Part shown: positions 15,021 through 15,782 of the stretch, piece by piece
Layout: the number at the start of each line of letters is the position of its first letter
How positions within the stretch are numbered: the stretch's first letter is position 1
From: Abditibacteriaceae bacterium
Lineage (GTDB): Bacteria > Armatimonadota > Abditibacteriia > Abditibacteriales > Abditibacteriaceae
Reading direction: 5' to 3'
Length of the DNA: 15,782 bases
Assembly (NCBI GenBank): GCA_031372065.1
Contig: JANMKN010000365.1
Location: 1 to 15,782 of the forward strand
The notes under the pieces: model-generated
Told to the model about the DNA's origin: nothing
Databases searched by the model: none
What the model saw: only the letters and a program-made list of their open reading frames with translations
Position numbers and translations under genes: made by a program

Positions 15021-15782
15021 ATGATCGAAGTTGAAAATCTGAGCAAAACCTACGGCGCGAGCCGGGGTGTGCGCGATGTATCGTTCACGGTGAAAAAAGG
15101 CGAAATTGTCGGTTTTTTGGGGCCAAACGGCGCCGGAAAAACCACTACGATGCGCATTCTCACTTGTTTTATGGCGCCCACGGCAGGAACGGCGCGCATT
15201 GCGGGTTACGACATTCTCGAAAACTCGCTCGATGTGCGCAAAAACGTCGGTTACTTGCCGGAAAACGTGCCGGTTTATCCCGACATGAGCGTGCGCGATT
15301 ATCTTTCTTATGTCGCGGCGTTGCGTGGCGTGCCCAAGAAACGGCGGGCCGAACGGCTCGAAGCCGCGCTTGACGCCGGAAAACTCGAAGACAAAGCTGA
15401 CACGCTGATTTTTAAATTGTCCAAAGGCTACAAACAGCGTGTCGGCATCGCGCAAGCCGTGGTTCATGACCCGCCGGTTTTGATTTTGGACGAGCCTTCG
15501 GCGGGCCTCGACCCGCGACAGCGCGTGGAAACGCGGCAGTTCATCAAATCGCTGTCCAAAGACCACACCATTATCTTATCCACGCATATCTTGCCGGATG
15601 TGCAGGAAACCTGCTCGCGTGTGGTGATTATCAATCAAGGCCGCATGGTCGCCGAAGATACACCTGAAAACTTGGCGGGCGCCGGTGATCGCCTCACCCT
15701 GACTTTGCAGCGTCCGGCGAGCGACGCCGCGCAAAAATTGGCGAAGATCAAAGGTGTGAATACAGCGCGCGAAAACGCGGTG
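15021..15782 (+). CDS. ABC transporter ATP-binding protein (ABC-2 / GldA-like), truncated at the window end
   Basis: Translated by hand from ATG 15021: MIEVENLSKTYG...GPNGAGKTT (Walker A), LSKGYKQRV (signature), LILDEP (Walker B), ILSTH (H-loop). Missing from the ORF track because it runs off the window. Confidence 0.93.
   Translation, partial: MIEVENLSKTYGASRGVRDVSFTVKKGEIVGFLGPNGAGKTTTMRILTCFMAPTAGTARIAGYDILENSLDVRKNVGYLPENVPVYPDMSVRDYLSYVAALRGVPKKRRAERLEAALDAGKLEDKADTLIFKLSKGYKQRVGIAQAVVHDPPVLILDEPSAGLDPRQRVETRQFIKSLSKDHTIILSTHILPDVQETCSRVVIINQGRMVAEDTPENLAGAGDRLTLTLQRPASDAAQKLAKIKGVNTARENAV

Noticed and set aside
15018..15566. 182-aa minus-strand ORF
   Set aside because: Antisense shadow of the ABC ATPase, which has all canonical motifs on +.

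Overview
A gene-dense bacterial chromosomal window made up mostly of housekeeping and envelope genes. In order: RDD-family membrane protein, leucyl aminopeptidase (pepA), methionine aminopeptidase (map), a secreted Asn/Gly-rich protein, a Thermotoga-type RNase Z, a Tat-signal amidohydrolase, a GT2 glycosyltransferase / TPR / flavoprotein operon, a stand-alone copper-amine-oxidase N-terminal-like domain, a BON lipoprotein, a class B PBP (mrdA), a very acidic small protein, a Gfo/Idh/MocA oxidoreductase, a thioredoxin-fold redoxin and the 5' part of an ABC ATPase. No transposase, RNA gene or CRISPR array is supportable. The unusual content is intergenic. (i) Two spacers between co-directional genes (pepA->RDD and acidic protein->mrdA) are almost entirely filled by inverted 8-mer or 7-mer microsatellites that could fold the mRNA so the upstream stop sits beside a downstream start lacking a Shine-Dalgarno. 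(ii) There are two separate 21-bp-period arrays, one made of eight tandem palindromes upstream of the ABC gene. (iii) A nested-hairpin REP-like element lies at the window start. All product calls come from motif recognition only; no database searches were run.
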